NCBI GenBank assembly: GCA_963805975.1
Contig: CAWDVR010000005.1
Coordinates: 576,001 to 640,000, forward strand
Direction: 5' to 3'
DNA from: an uncultured Acidobacteriota bacterium
GTDB taxonomy: Bacteria > Acidobacteriota > Thermoanaerobaculia > Multivoradales > SZUA-115
DNA length: 64,000 nucleotides
The notes beneath the pieces were generated by a model, which was given only the letters and a program-made list of their open reading frames with translations, searched no databases and was not told the origin of the DNA. Of the stretch, positions 44,303 to 53,233 are shown in pieces. Position 1 is the stretch's first letter. Each line of letters begins with the position of its first letter. A program made the position numbers and the translations under genes.

Positions 44303-44328
44303 TACGGAGCGGCTCCGCGCGCGGATGA
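44303..44328 (-). promoter_or_regulatory. Candidate SigK-type ECF promoter
   Basis: TCATCC-N16-CGTA on the minus strand upstream of DUF4331. Confidence 0.55.
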
Positions 44329-44361
44329 GTCCGCGCGCCAGATGGAGGCGGGCGCCCCCGG

Positions 44362-45612
44362 CTACTGCTTCTCGAGCGGCAGGGTGCCGGGAGGCAGCTC
44401 GGCGACCCGCAGGCGGGAGGCGTTCTTGTCGGCCCCGACCTCGACCCAGGCGACGAACAGGCCGCCGCCTGCGAGCGCCAGACGGGGGAAGCCACTCGCC
44501 CGCCCGGCGGTGGTGGTGGCGAGGCGCAGGAGCCGGCTCTTCCGGCCGTCGCGGCTCACCCGCTGGAGCCGGAGCTCGGCCGTGCCGGGAACGGCCTCGG
44601 CGAGCCAGCTCACGACCGCGCTGCCGTCACCGTCGAGCACCAGGGCGACGCGGCCCAGGGAACCCTGGGTATCGAGGACCCGCGGTGGCTCGAAGCCGTC
44701 GCTCGCGGCGCGGGAGAAGGCGAGGGCCACCCGCGGGCCGGCAGCGCTCGGCGAGACGCCCGCGAACCAGGCGACCGCGAGCTCGTTGCCGCGGGCGGCG
44801 ACCATCGGCCCGTTGACCGGGCAGCCGGGGATCTTCCAGCCGTCTGCGAAGACCGGCCTCGAGGCGGTCCAGCGGCCGGTGGCGCGCGCGATGGCCGCGA
44901 TGTCGCGGATCTCCTCCCCCGAGCGGTCGCGGTAGACCACGACCGGCCCGGCGTCGGTCGCGGCCGCCGCGGTCTGGCAGCAGTCGCACACCCGGTCGTC
45001 GAGCTCCTCGCCGGCGCCGACCGTGCTGCCCACCAGCGCCGTGCGGAGCGCCATGGCGCCGCCGGTCGAGGTGCCGCGGCCGTCGAGCCAGAAGGCGCGG
45101 AGCCCTTCGCCCTCCGGCACCAGGGAGACGAAGCCGTGCTCGGTCTCGGTGGCGTCGTCGTGCAGGCGTCCCAGGCGCCGCCAGCTCTTGCCGCCGTCGG
45201 TGGAGCGGGCGAGCTCGATCGAGTAGGCGTAGGTGCCGGCGCCGCTCTTGGCCAGCCAGTGGGCGAGGAGGGAGCCGTCCCTGCCGCGCGCCACCGACGG
45301 AAAGTCCGCCCAGTTGGCGAGCAGGTTCGGGTCGGCGACGACGGTCGAGGCCTCGCTCCAGCGCCCGTGCTCGAGGCCAGCCAGGCGCAGGCGCGGAGCG
45401 CCCGCGACCACCGGGGTGCCGGCTGGCGACGGCTCGATCCAGGTGAGGAGCAGCGTGCCGCCGTCGGTCACGCCGCCGGCCCAGTTGGGCGCCATCGAGC
45501 CGGCGAGCGCCGCCGGCGGCGAGCGGTCGATCGCTCCCGCCGGCAGGGAAGGCTGCGCCGCGACCGTGGCCGCGGCGAAGAGTAGCGCCGCGAGGAACGA
45601 AGCCGTGGCCAA
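44362..45612 (-). CDS. BNR/sialidase-like beta-propeller protein
   Basis: NWADFPS, STDGGKSW (Asp-box), EHGFVS, VCDCC, GCPVNGP; start uncertain. Confidence 0.8.
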   Translation of the reverse strand: MATASFLAALLFAAATVAAQPSLPAGAIDRSPPAALAGSMAPNWAGGVTDGGTLLLTWIEPSPAGTPVVAGAPRLRLAGLEHGRWSEASTVVADPNLLANWADFPSVARGRDGSLLAHWLAKSGAGTYAYSIELARSTDGGKSWRRLGRLHDDATETEHGFVSLVPEGEGLRAFWLDGRGTSTGGAMALRTALVGSTVGAGEELDDRVCDCCQTAAAATDAGPVVVYRDRSGEEIRDIAAIARATGRWTASRPVFADGWKIPGCPVNGPMVAARGNELAVAWFAGVSPSAAGPRVALAFSRAASDGFEPPRVLDTQGSLGRVALVLDGDGSAVVSWLAEAVPGTAELRLQRVSRDGRKSRLLRLATTTAGRASGFPRLALAGGGLFVAWVEVGADKNASRLRVAELPPGTLPLEKQ

Positions 45613-45616
45613 GCGC

Positions 45617-46246
45617 CTACCCGTCGGCCTTGATGACCCCGCAGGCAATCCGCCCGCCGGCGTTGCCGGTCGGCTGGGTGACCATGTCGTCCGCCTTCTC
45701 GTGCAGGATCACCGCCCGCCCGACCACCGAGTTGGGGCCCGGAGCGACGGTGAGCGCGTGCGAGGTGAACTCGAGGGTCCCGGTGCCGTCGGCATTGACC
45801 TGGATGTTGCCGAGATCACCGGCGTGGTGCTGGGCGGCATCGCGGGCTCCGTGCGGCGCGCCGGCGGGATTGAAGTGGCTGCCGGCGGTGGTGAAGTCGG
45901 GCGGCGTGCACTCGCCCACCTCGTGCAGGTGGAAGCCGTGCGCGCCGGCGCCCGTGACCCCGCTCAGGTGAGCGACGATGGCGACTCCCTGCGAGATCTC
46001 CTTGAAGGTCACCTTGCCCGCCACCTTGGAGCCTTCCGGCCCGGCGAGGTTCGCGGTCGCCGTGGCGCCGGTCTTGGCAGGCGCCGCGCCGGCCGCGGGC
46101 GGGTGCTGGTGCCCGGCGTGCTCGCCGGCGCTGGCGGGCTTCTCCGACGATGCGGCGGATCCGCAAGCGGCAGCGAAAGCGATCGCCAAGGCCAGGGTCG
46201 CCGGTTTCGAGAACCCCGGTTTCGAGAACAAATTGGTTCGAGTCAT
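45617..46246 (-). CDS. sodC: Cu/Zn superoxide dismutase (lipoprotein)
   Basis: HGFHLHE, GSHFNP, HAGDLGN, GNAGGRIACG. Confidence 0.93.
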   Translation of the reverse strand: MTRTNLFSKPGFSKPATLALAIAFAAACGSAASSEKPASAGEHAGHQHPPAAGAAPAKTGATATANLAGPEGSKVAGKVTFKEISQGVAIVAHLSGVTGAGAHGFHLHEVGECTPPDFTTAGSHFNPAGAPHGARDAAQHHAGDLGNIQVNADGTGTLEFTSHALTVAPGPNSVVGRAVILHEKADDMVTQPTGNAGGRIACGVIKADG

Positions 46247-46274
46247 GGAGGACCTCCTGCTGGATGTTGGTTGA

Positions 46275-46985
46275 CTAGGGTGAGGAGGCGCGGCCGCCCG
46301 GCGGTTCGTAGCGCGAGAGCTCGAGGTGGACGCCGGCCGCGCGCCGATCGATCAGGATCTCGACCGGCGTGGCCTTGTCGTCCTTGGCCAGCCACAGGTC
46401 GAGCTTGCCCTTGAAGAAGGGCCTGCCCTGGCGCTCGATTCCGCGCACCGAAAGGTGCTCCGTCGCCACCACCTTGCCGGCGATCCTGCGGCTCTCCTCG
46501 CCGAGCGGCACGACGACCACGGGATAGACCTTGCCGTCGGACCAGATCTCCATCATCCGGGGCTTGTCGGGCGGGTTGCGCCGCAGCAGATAGATCCCCG
46601 AGGCGATGTCCACCACGTCCGCGCCGTCGATCTGGCCCGATTTCGAGTTCTTCTCCCCGCGCCAGGTGTAGGAACTCCAGGCGCGGAGCGCGCGCCCGGT
46701 GGCGCTCTCGATCTCCGAGCCGTAGAGGAAATGCTCCCCGGCCCGGCTCTTCTCCGAGGTGATCATCAGCTTGCACTCGAGCGTGCCCGGTGCCGCGGCG
46801 GAGAGCGTCAGCAGACCGTCTCCCTCGTGCGGGAGGAAGATCCCCGCGACCACTCCCAGGAACTTGGTCAGTCGCCAGCGGTAGTGAAGTTCCTCGGGAG
46901 CGCCCGGGCCCGCAGCCTCCGCCACGGGCGATGAGAGCAGGGCCGCGGCGAGCACGGTGGCGGAAAGGAGGGCGGCGGGTCTCAT
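46275..46985 (-). CDS. DUF3108-like secreted protein
   Basis: Signal peptide; EELHYRW, DIASGIY, LWLAKDDKATPV. Confidence 0.55.
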   Translation of the reverse strand: MRPAALLSATVLAAALLSSPVAEAAGPGAPEELHYRWRLTKFLGVVAGIFLPHEGDGLLTLSAAAPGTLECKLMITSEKSRAGEHFLYGSEIESATGRALRAWSSYTWRGEKNSKSGQIDGADVVDIASGIYLLRRNPPDKPRMMEIWSDGKVYPVVVVPLGEESRRIAGKVVATEHLSVRGIERQGRPFFKGKLDLWLAKDDKATPVEILIDRRAAGVHLELSRYEPPGGRASSP

Positions 46986-47039
46986 GATCCTGGGGCCAAC
47001 GATCCCGCTCCGCGGGCCGTCGCCGGGGAGATTCTATCG

Positions 47040-48539
47040 TCAGCCCAGGGTGCGGGCCGCTTCGCCGATCAAAAGCTCGGTCTCGAAGCTCGGCCCGAAC
47101 CGGGCCAGGGCGGCGTCGAGCGGCGAGAGGTCCGAGATCCAGCGCTCCAACTCGCCGTTGTCGGCGTAGATGACGGCCACCACGTCGCCGCCACCGGAGA
47201 CCGGCAGCAGCAGCGACTGGCCGGTCGCCGGCGCGCCGAGGAGCTTTGCCAGCTTGCGCGGCAGGTGCGCGGCCTCGAAGTCCAAGGACACCGGACGGCT
47301 GGCGTCCAGGCTCGCGACGAGCGCGCTCTCCCCGCTGAGCTCGAGCTTCAGGCCGCGGGTCAGGGAGACGAGGAGCTGGCCGTCGGCGCCGGTGCCGAAA
47401 GCGCCGGCCACGGTCAGGCGCTCGCCCGCGACCAGGAACAGCACCGCACGCTCGACGAAGGGTGAGATGGCCTGCATCAGGTCGAGCGCCACGGTGGTCG
47501 AGCCGGTCACCGGATCGAGCTCGGCCCCCAGGCTCGCCACCGCCGCGCGCTGCGGCACCCGTTCGTCGCTCTGCGTTCCCCTCCGGCCAGGCAGCAGCGC
47601 CGCCAGGTTGGCCACCACTGCGGCGATCACTTCGGCGTCGGCAGGGACCACCGCCAGCGCACCGGCGAGGTAGGCGGCTGCGCTGTTGGCTCCCGGGTCG
47701 AGGACCACGATCACCGGCATCGGCCGTTGCGGGTCGAGGACGCTCTCGAGCGCCGCGGCGACCCGCGGCGCGCTCCTCAGGTCGGCCACCAGCCAGGTGT
47801 CGCGGTGCCGCAGGTCCCCATTCTGCGGGGATGCCAGGGCCGCCTGTGCACGGACCACGGTTGCGAGGTCCGGCGGAACCACCAGGGCGAGAGTCTCGAA
47901 CAATGCCTCGTCCCGCGTACGAACCGCCAGGATGAGGGGCTCCGGGAGAGGCTCGGCTCCGCCCTCTGCCAGGACCGCAGGCGCGGGCGCTTGCGAGGCG
48001 GCTTGGCCGGCCGGCTGGCGCGCGGTCTTGTGGCGGGAGGGGTCCCGGCGGGTGGCCGCGCTCGCCGTCGCCCTGGTCTCCGGGTCCTGCACCGCCCGCG
48101 GCTGGGGCGCCACCTGGGGCTCGAAGGAGAAGCGGCCGCTCTTCCAGCCCCCGAGCTCGGTCAGCGCCTGGCTCACCTGCAGGGCGATGAGGCGCTCCAC
48201 GTCGGAGCGCGCGAGCACGCCGTGCGAGACGAGGATCTCGCCCAACGGGCGCCTTCCCTGTTCCTCGGCCTGGAGGCGGGCAGCCTCCCGGACCGTGATC
48301 GGATCGCAAAGGCCCGAAGCGATGAGCAGATCGCCCAGCCGCTTGATGCCGGGAGCGCGGGCCGCGACGGGCCGGCCGCCGGCGAGGTCGATACGCGCCC
48401 GCGCCGCGCCGCGCGCCAGGCGGAGCGTGCCGTCGTGGCGGCCGGCCTCGAGGCGCCGCAGCACCTCGCTCAACGAGTGCTCCTCGAGCTTGCCGGAGAG
48501 CGGCTCGACGGGCGGAGGGTTGGGCTCGGATCCCGGCAT
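47040..48539 (-). CDS. DUF4388 domain protein with GAF-like C-terminus
   Basis: LSGKLEEHSLSEVL, RLGDLL, PLGEILV, WKSGRFSF; VVAVIYADN. Confidence 0.75.
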   Translation of the reverse strand: MPGSEPNPPPVEPLSGKLEEHSLSEVLRRLEAGRHDGTLRLARGAARARIDLAGGRPVAARAPGIKRLGDLLIASGLCDPITVREAARLQAEEQGRRPLGEILVSHGVLARSDVERLIALQVSQALTELGGWKSGRFSFEPQVAPQPRAVQDPETRATASAATRRDPSRHKTARQPAGQAASQAPAPAVLAEGGAEPLPEPLILAVRTRDEALFETLALVVPPDLATVVRAQAALASPQNGDLRHRDTWLVADLRSAPRVAAALESVLDPQRPMPVIVVLDPGANSAAAYLAGALAVVPADAEVIAAVVANLAALLPGRRGTQSDERVPQRAAVASLGAELDPVTGSTTVALDLMQAISPFVERAVLFLVAGERLTVAGAFGTGADGQLLVSLTRGLKLELSGESALVASLDASRPVSLDFEAAHLPRKLAKLLGAPATGQSLLLPVSGGGDVVAVIYADNGELERWISDLSPLDAALARFGPSFETELLIGEAARTLG

Positions 48540-48563
48540 CACGATCGCGACACTCTAGCCGCA

Positions 48564-48596
48564 AACGAAAAGCGCGGCCCTGGTGAGGGCCGCGCT
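48564..48596 (-). terminator. Rho-independent terminator after the TPR gene
   Basis: AGCGCGGCCCT-CACC-AGGGCCGCGCT followed by TTTCGTTT on the minus strand. Confidence 0.75.
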
Positions 48597-48625
48597 CGGT
48601 ACCTCCGCGGACGCTGATCGAAGGG

Positions 48626-49996
48626 TCAGGAAGCCTGCTGGTAGGCGAGCTCCGGGTTGCCCCGCGCTTCGCGCAGGTAGCGGGAGATGTCGGTCAACAG
48701 TTGCAAGGTGACGCTCTCGGCCTTGGCAGCGCGCTGGAAGACCAGCAGGGCGGCCGTGGCCTCGCGGTGCACGTCGCGCGAGCGGAAGATCGGCAGCATC
48801 TCCTCGGCCAGCTCCTTCATCTCACCGGTGCGCCCCTGCTGGGCATAGACCGCGGCGAGGTCGAGCGAAGCCAGAGCGGCGTCGTAGGCGATGCCGCGCT
48901 CCACGAACTCGTCGCGCATGCGGCCGAACACCTTCTCCGCCTCGTCGAGCTTGTTGAGGCCGCGGGCGATCTTGCCCTCGAGCCACAGAGTACGCATGTG
49001 GTCGACGCTGCCCTCGTGCTGCGCCACCAGCCGCTTGATCTCCGGCAGCATCTTGCGGGCTTCCTGGTTCTTGCCGGCCGTGGCCAGGCAGGCGGCGATG
49101 GTGTGCTTCACGCACCAGACCAGGCGCGGTTCGCGCTGCTCGTCGATCAGCCCCATGGCCTCGTTGAGCTGCTCGATTGCCGCCTGGGGCTCACCGGCCT
49201 CTTCGAGCACCGCGGCACTGTAGATCAGGGTGCGGCCCACCCAGTGGTCCTCGCCGGCCTCGCGGTAGATGGCGAGGGCCTTCTGCAGCAGGTCACTCGC
49301 TTCGTCGAAGCGGCGCTGCTCGCGGCGCAGCTCGCCCTTGAGGCTCATCGTGCGCGCCTTGAGCAGCACGTCGTCGGTGCCGTCGGCGAGGCTCGCCTCG
49401 GCAGCGGTGAAAGCTTCCTCGGCGCTGCGCAGGTCGGAGGCCACGCGGCGGGCGTTAGCGATGTAAGTCCAGGACCGCGCCTTGAGGTCGTTGACCAGGG
49501 CCGGGCCGTAGTGGCTACCCTCGAGCTGGCCGGCGACCACCAAGGCGAGCTCGGCCAGATCCTCGGCGCGGGAAGGATCGTCGATCACCGAGCGCAGGCT
49601 CTCCTCGAGCAGGAACTCGGCGAATACATAGTTCTTGAACCGCCACGTGCGCTGGATCAGCGCGCGCTGGCGGCTGACCGGGTGACGGGTGAGCTCGGTG
49701 TAGAGCTTCGGCGCCCGGGCACGGTCCCGATCGCGTGCCTCACCCCGCACCTCGAGGGTGTTCTGACCAAAAGTGAAAGCGCGGTCGTAGCTCGGGTTGT
49801 CGGCGACGTCGAGAGGCTGGAGACCCTGGAAGAGGGTGCTGAGCAGCTCGCTGCCCTCCGGCGCGAGTCGTTCGACCTCTTTGCGGCAGGCGGCGCAATT
49901 GAACAGGTGCCAGGAGACTTTCATGTTCTCCCGCCGGTTCAGCTTGCCGCGGCTGAACTTCTCCAGCATCTTTTCATCAGGGTGCGTCTTGGGCAT
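48626..49996 (-). CDS. ZAS-like zinc finger plus TPR protein (putative peptide receptor/anti-sigma), copy 1
   Basis: THP...HLFNCAAC (HxxxCxxC), TPR-like helices, C-terminus LDLA.VY..GRT.E.K.LAEEM.PIF...D.HREA.AALL.F; AAGGAG RBS. Confidence 0.8.
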   Translation of the reverse strand: MPKTHPDEKMLEKFSRGKLNRRENMKVSWHLFNCAACRKEVERLAPEGSELLSTLFQGLQPLDVADNPSYDRAFTFGQNTLEVRGEARDRDRARAPKLYTELTRHPVSRQRALIQRTWRFKNYVFAEFLLEESLRSVIDDPSRAEDLAELALVVAGQLEGSHYGPALVNDLKARSWTYIANARRVASDLRSAEEAFTAAEASLADGTDDVLLKARTMSLKGELRREQRRFDEASDLLQKALAIYREAGEDHWVGRTLIYSAAVLEEAGEPQAAIEQLNEAMGLIDEQREPRLVWCVKHTIAACLATAGKNQEARKMLPEIKRLVAQHEGSVDHMRTLWLEGKIARGLNKLDEAEKVFGRMRDEFVERGIAYDAALASLDLAAVYAQQGRTGEMKELAEEMLPIFRSRDVHREATAALLVFQRAAKAESVTLQLLTDISRYLREARGNPELAYQQAS

Positions 49997-50020
49997 ATTC
50001 AAGCTCCTTGTTCGCCGGCC

Positions 50021-50302
50021 TCAGGTCCCGGGGAAGACACGCTGAGCCGCTTGGGTCACGCGGCGCCGTTGGTCAACCCAGTGCTTCCGACACTTGTGCC
50101 GGAGCGTTGCCAGCAGCCAGCCGGCAGGCTCCTCAGCACTCTCTCCTCGATAGATGAGCTCCAGAACGGTCGCTTCCAGAAGGCTGCTCGCGTCGCTGGG
50201 GGGGATCTCGTAGCGACGCAAGACCTCCTCGAGGGCGGGCCTCGAAGAGGTATAGAAGATTTCTAAAAATGCGAAATTCCTGCGATGATAGGCATACGTC
50301 AC
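50021..50302 (-). CDS. Sigma-70 region-2-only protein (about 93 aa)
   Basis: LRRYEIPPSDASSLL...PAGWLLATLRHKCRKHW resembles ECF sigma2; no region 4 HTH; start uncertain. Confidence 0.55.
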   Translation of the reverse strand: MTYAYHRRNFAFLEIFYTSSRPALEEVLRRYEIPPSDASSLLEATVLELIYRGESAEEPAGWLLATLRHKCRKHWVDQRRRVTQAAQRVFPGT

Positions 50303-50429
50303 GGGGCTTATTATGCACACTTCACCCCTAACTTGCCACCATGCCCAAATTCCGACACCAAGGAGGCGACGAAGAGCTCGCCGCCTAAGAAGGGGAGTCG
50401 TACCGTGAAGAACCGACGTTTCCGATAGT

Positions 50430-50765
50430 TTACGGGCTTCCCGGCAGGTTGAGGCCATCCGGGAGAGCGGAGGAACCATTGCCGCCACTACCTGTGCTGC
50501 CGCCTGTTCCGCCCCCGTTTCCACCGTTTCCGCCACTACCGGACCCACCGATCGAGCCCAACTTCTCGACATTCCGAGAGCCGAGCTCCGGCCTGCCGCC
50601 GGCGATCGAAAAGATCGAAGAGAACCAATCGAAGAGCGAATCGAGCGTCCACCCCGCGAGGTTCGACTGGCGCGCCATGGGTAGGGCGGACGCGGGTAGG
50701 CAGAGGCTGAGTACCGCAACCAAGGCCAGGGCTGTCGCGAGACGAGTGTGTCTTCTCTCTAACAC
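50430..50765 (-). CDS. Small secreted precursor peptide, copy 1
   Basis: AAAGGAG RBS, signal peptide ASA, W-rich amphipathic helix, Gly linker, GSSALPDG core. Confidence 0.7.
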   Translation of the reverse strand: MLERRHTRLATALALVAVLSLCLPASALPMARQSNLAGWTLDSLFDWFSSIFSIAGGRPELGSRNVEKLGSIGGSGSGGNGGNGGGTGGSTGSGGNGSSALPDGLNLPGSP

Positions 50766-50970
50766 GGTGGTAGCTCCTTTCGCACGGTCTGAGTGTTGTA
50801 TCGAAGCTGGAAGGGGCTGGCATCTGCCCCGGACCCGGCACCCTTTGCAGGCCTAGTTGCCGCAGAGGTGCGTTGAGATGACAGCGTCGAGACGCCGCGA
50901 GAAGAGTGGCAGCCCGAAGAGGGGCAGGCGGCTGTGCCGCGCGAACTACGGTCCTAGCGGAGGAAAAAAC

Positions 50971-51019
50971 TGGTGGAGCCGATCGGGATCGAACCGACGA
51001 CCTCTTGAATGCCATTCAA
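50971..51019 (-). mobile_element. att site: 3' half of tRNA-Ala(GGC)
   Basis: TTGAATGGCATTCAAGAGGTCGTCGGTTCGATCCCGATCGGCTCCACCA; D-arm and 5' acceptor strand missing; integrase adjacent. Confidence 0.85.
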
Positions 51020-51123
51020 AAAGTGGGGGTTGTGCGGGCTTTGCGGAAGTCTGCATAACGCCTGTACTTTGAGCCACTTAGCGGAATATCATCTTCGCCT
51101 CTGGTTGCTCCGATTTGCGCCAG

Positions 51124-51143
51124 TGTGATTGCTATGTGATTGC
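51124..51143. promoter_or_regulatory. Probable integrase arm-type sites
   Basis: TGTGATTGC direct repeat at 51124 and 51135 (11-bp period) between att core and int. Confidence 0.55.
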
Positions 51144-51181
51144 ATGGCGGAGCGGTTGACTGCCGCATCGGAGGCGAAACG

Positions 51182-52413
51182 ATGCGCGGACGGATCACCA
51201 AACGGTCGGTCGATGAACTCGTTCCGAAGCAGCGGAACTCTACCTCTGGGACTCCGAACTTGCAGGCTTCGGGGTCAAGATCACTCCCGAGGGCAGGAAG
51301 GTATACGTCCTCCAGTACCGCACGAGAAACCAGGAGCGGAAGCGGCGGACTGCGCCGAAGCGGATCACAATCGGTCGCCACGGCGAGATGACGCCGGAGC
51401 AGGCGCGAACGCTCGCCTCAAGGTTCCTCCTTGAAGTGACGGCGGGCGGCGATCCACGCCAGGCCTTCCGACCGAGCGAGTCGCCCATGGTCGCCGAGCT
51501 CGCGAATCGCTTCCTCACCGAGTATCTTCCGGGCAAGAAGCGCCCGCCCCGCGCCTCGACCGTCGCCTACTACGAGATCCTCTTCCGCGTGCACGTGATT
51601 CCCGCCCTGGGTGCGAAGCGGGTTGATGCCGTCTCGACCGCGGATGTTGAGAAGCTCCACGCCCGGATGCGGGACACCCCGTACATCGCGAACCGGACAC
51701 TCTCGCTTCTTCAGCACGCCTTCGACCAGGCGGAGCGGTGGGGCTGGCGGCCGCAGCACTCGAACCCCGCGCTCCACGTCGAGCGGTACCGGGAGGACCG
51801 ACGAGGTGCGAAGAAGGAAGTCATGCTCACCTCCTCACAGATGGCGGCCCTGATCGAGGCGATCGACGAGGAGGAAGCGACCGGCGGGGTGAGCATGTGG
51901 CTGCCGCAGCGCTCCGGGTCGCCTTCTGGACGGGCTGGCGGATTGGCGAGGTGCTCGGGCTCCGGTGGACGAACGTGGACATGAGCGCGGGGCGTGGCGC
52001 AGCTCCTGCGGAACGAAGACGGCCGCGGAGGAGTACCGTCAGCTCCCGTCCGAGGCAATTGCGATCGTGAAGCAGGTTCCGAAGGTGGCCGGCTGCCCGT
52101 TCGTCTTCCCCGGCGAGGACTTGACAGACCATCTCACGACGGTGAGGAAGCCGTGGGCGACGCATCCGAGCAGCGCGCGGGCCTCGATCGTCTGGAGGGC
52201 CTGGGCGCGTTCCGCATCCACGACCTCCGGCACAACGTCGTCTCCTGGGACGTGTCGCGGGGGGTGCCGTTGGAGATCGCCGGCAAGAACGTCGGGCACC
52301 GCTCGCGGCGCTCGACCGAGGTCTATGCGCACTTCGCGCCGGACGCCCTGAAGCGTGCGGCAGACGAGCGCGCGGCGGCGATGCGGGCTGCGTTTGAGGC
52401 TGAGCGGACTTAA
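51182..52413 (+). CDS. Tyrosine integrase (P4-like arm-binding domain), frameshifted
   Basis: ITKRSVD, LWDSELAGFGVKITPEGRKVYVLQYR, ITIGRHG, TGWRIGEV, RIHDLRH, VGH, TEVYAH across 4-5 frames. Confidence 0.88.
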
Positions 52414-52729
52414 AGCTCGCAGCACCACCTACCCACAGCACGACTTCGTTCTCTCCTCCAGCGCGGAAGGATCGTTCTGGCGCCCTCCTCCTCGCAGATT
52501 CAGTTCACGCGCGAGTTTTAACTTTTCCGGCTGAGCGTAACGAGAGTTCGTCGAGCAGGGTAGAGTTCTCCTATCAGGACATTCGTCATGCCGTTCCATA
52601 TCCGCCAGTGCCCTGGTTGTTGCCTCTTCGGAGCAAACCTGGAGGAGTAACCTATTCCCATTTCCCTCTGAGGGTGGCGGCTGTCGGCACTGTCGCCGAA
52701 CGCGTCGGCCCCGAGAAAGGAACACGGCT

Positions 52730-53119
52730 ATGCGTCGCTTGTTGCGCTTTCTTGCTCTGACTTTGGTCGTAGTGGCAGTGGTAGCTCCAGCAGCCGCGGC
52801 TCCACGCGAGTCCGACTTGGCTCCCGCTCCGCAGTGGGTGTTGAAGCGAATCCAAGTGTTCCTCGAGGAGGTCTCATCTCGCCTGTTCTCTCCTGCGGCG
52901 AAGGATGGCGGACTCATGGACCCGAACGGTGGGAAGGCGCAAGGCGCAAATGGATCAAGAAACGCCCCCAGAGGCACCGCGAGCGTGGATGATGGCGGGC
53001 TCATGGACTCCGACGGCAGGCGCATGACCTCGCGGGGCGGATCGCAGATGGACCCCAATGGAAGAAGGACAGACGGAGCACGGCTAAACGACGGCGGGCT
53101 CATGGACCCGAACGGGTAG
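52730..53119 (+). CDS. Small secreted multi-core precursor peptide, copy 2 (4x GxxMD(P/S)(N/D)G)
   Basis: AAAGGA RBS, signal peptide AAA-AP, cores DGGLMDPNG, DGGLMDSDG, GGSQMDPNG, DGGLMDPNG-stop. Confidence 0.8.
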   Translation: MRRLLRFLALTLVVVAVVAPAAAAPRESDLAPAPQWVLKRIQVFLEEVSSRLFSPAAKDGGLMDPNGGKAQGANGSRNAPRGTASVDDGGLMDSDGRRMTSRGGSQMDPNGRRTDGARLNDGGLMDPNG

Positions 53120-53233
53120 GAGCGAGTCTTCTCTCGGGAGAGAAAATCTCTTGCGTAGGTGCGCCTCTCGAAATATTGTGTCGCGCACTACACTAGAGAC
53201 GAACGTACTGGTAGTGGGGGAGGGACGCGCGAG

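Noticed and set aside
50971-51019. Intact tRNA-Ala gene
   Set aside because: The 5' half (acceptor strand, D-arm) is absent; treated as an att duplication.
52730-53119. Classical RiPP biosynthetic cluster
   Set aside because: No radical SAM, YcaO, ATP-grasp, lanthipeptide or lasso enzymes nearby; a Sec signal and adjacent TPR protein fit signalling better.
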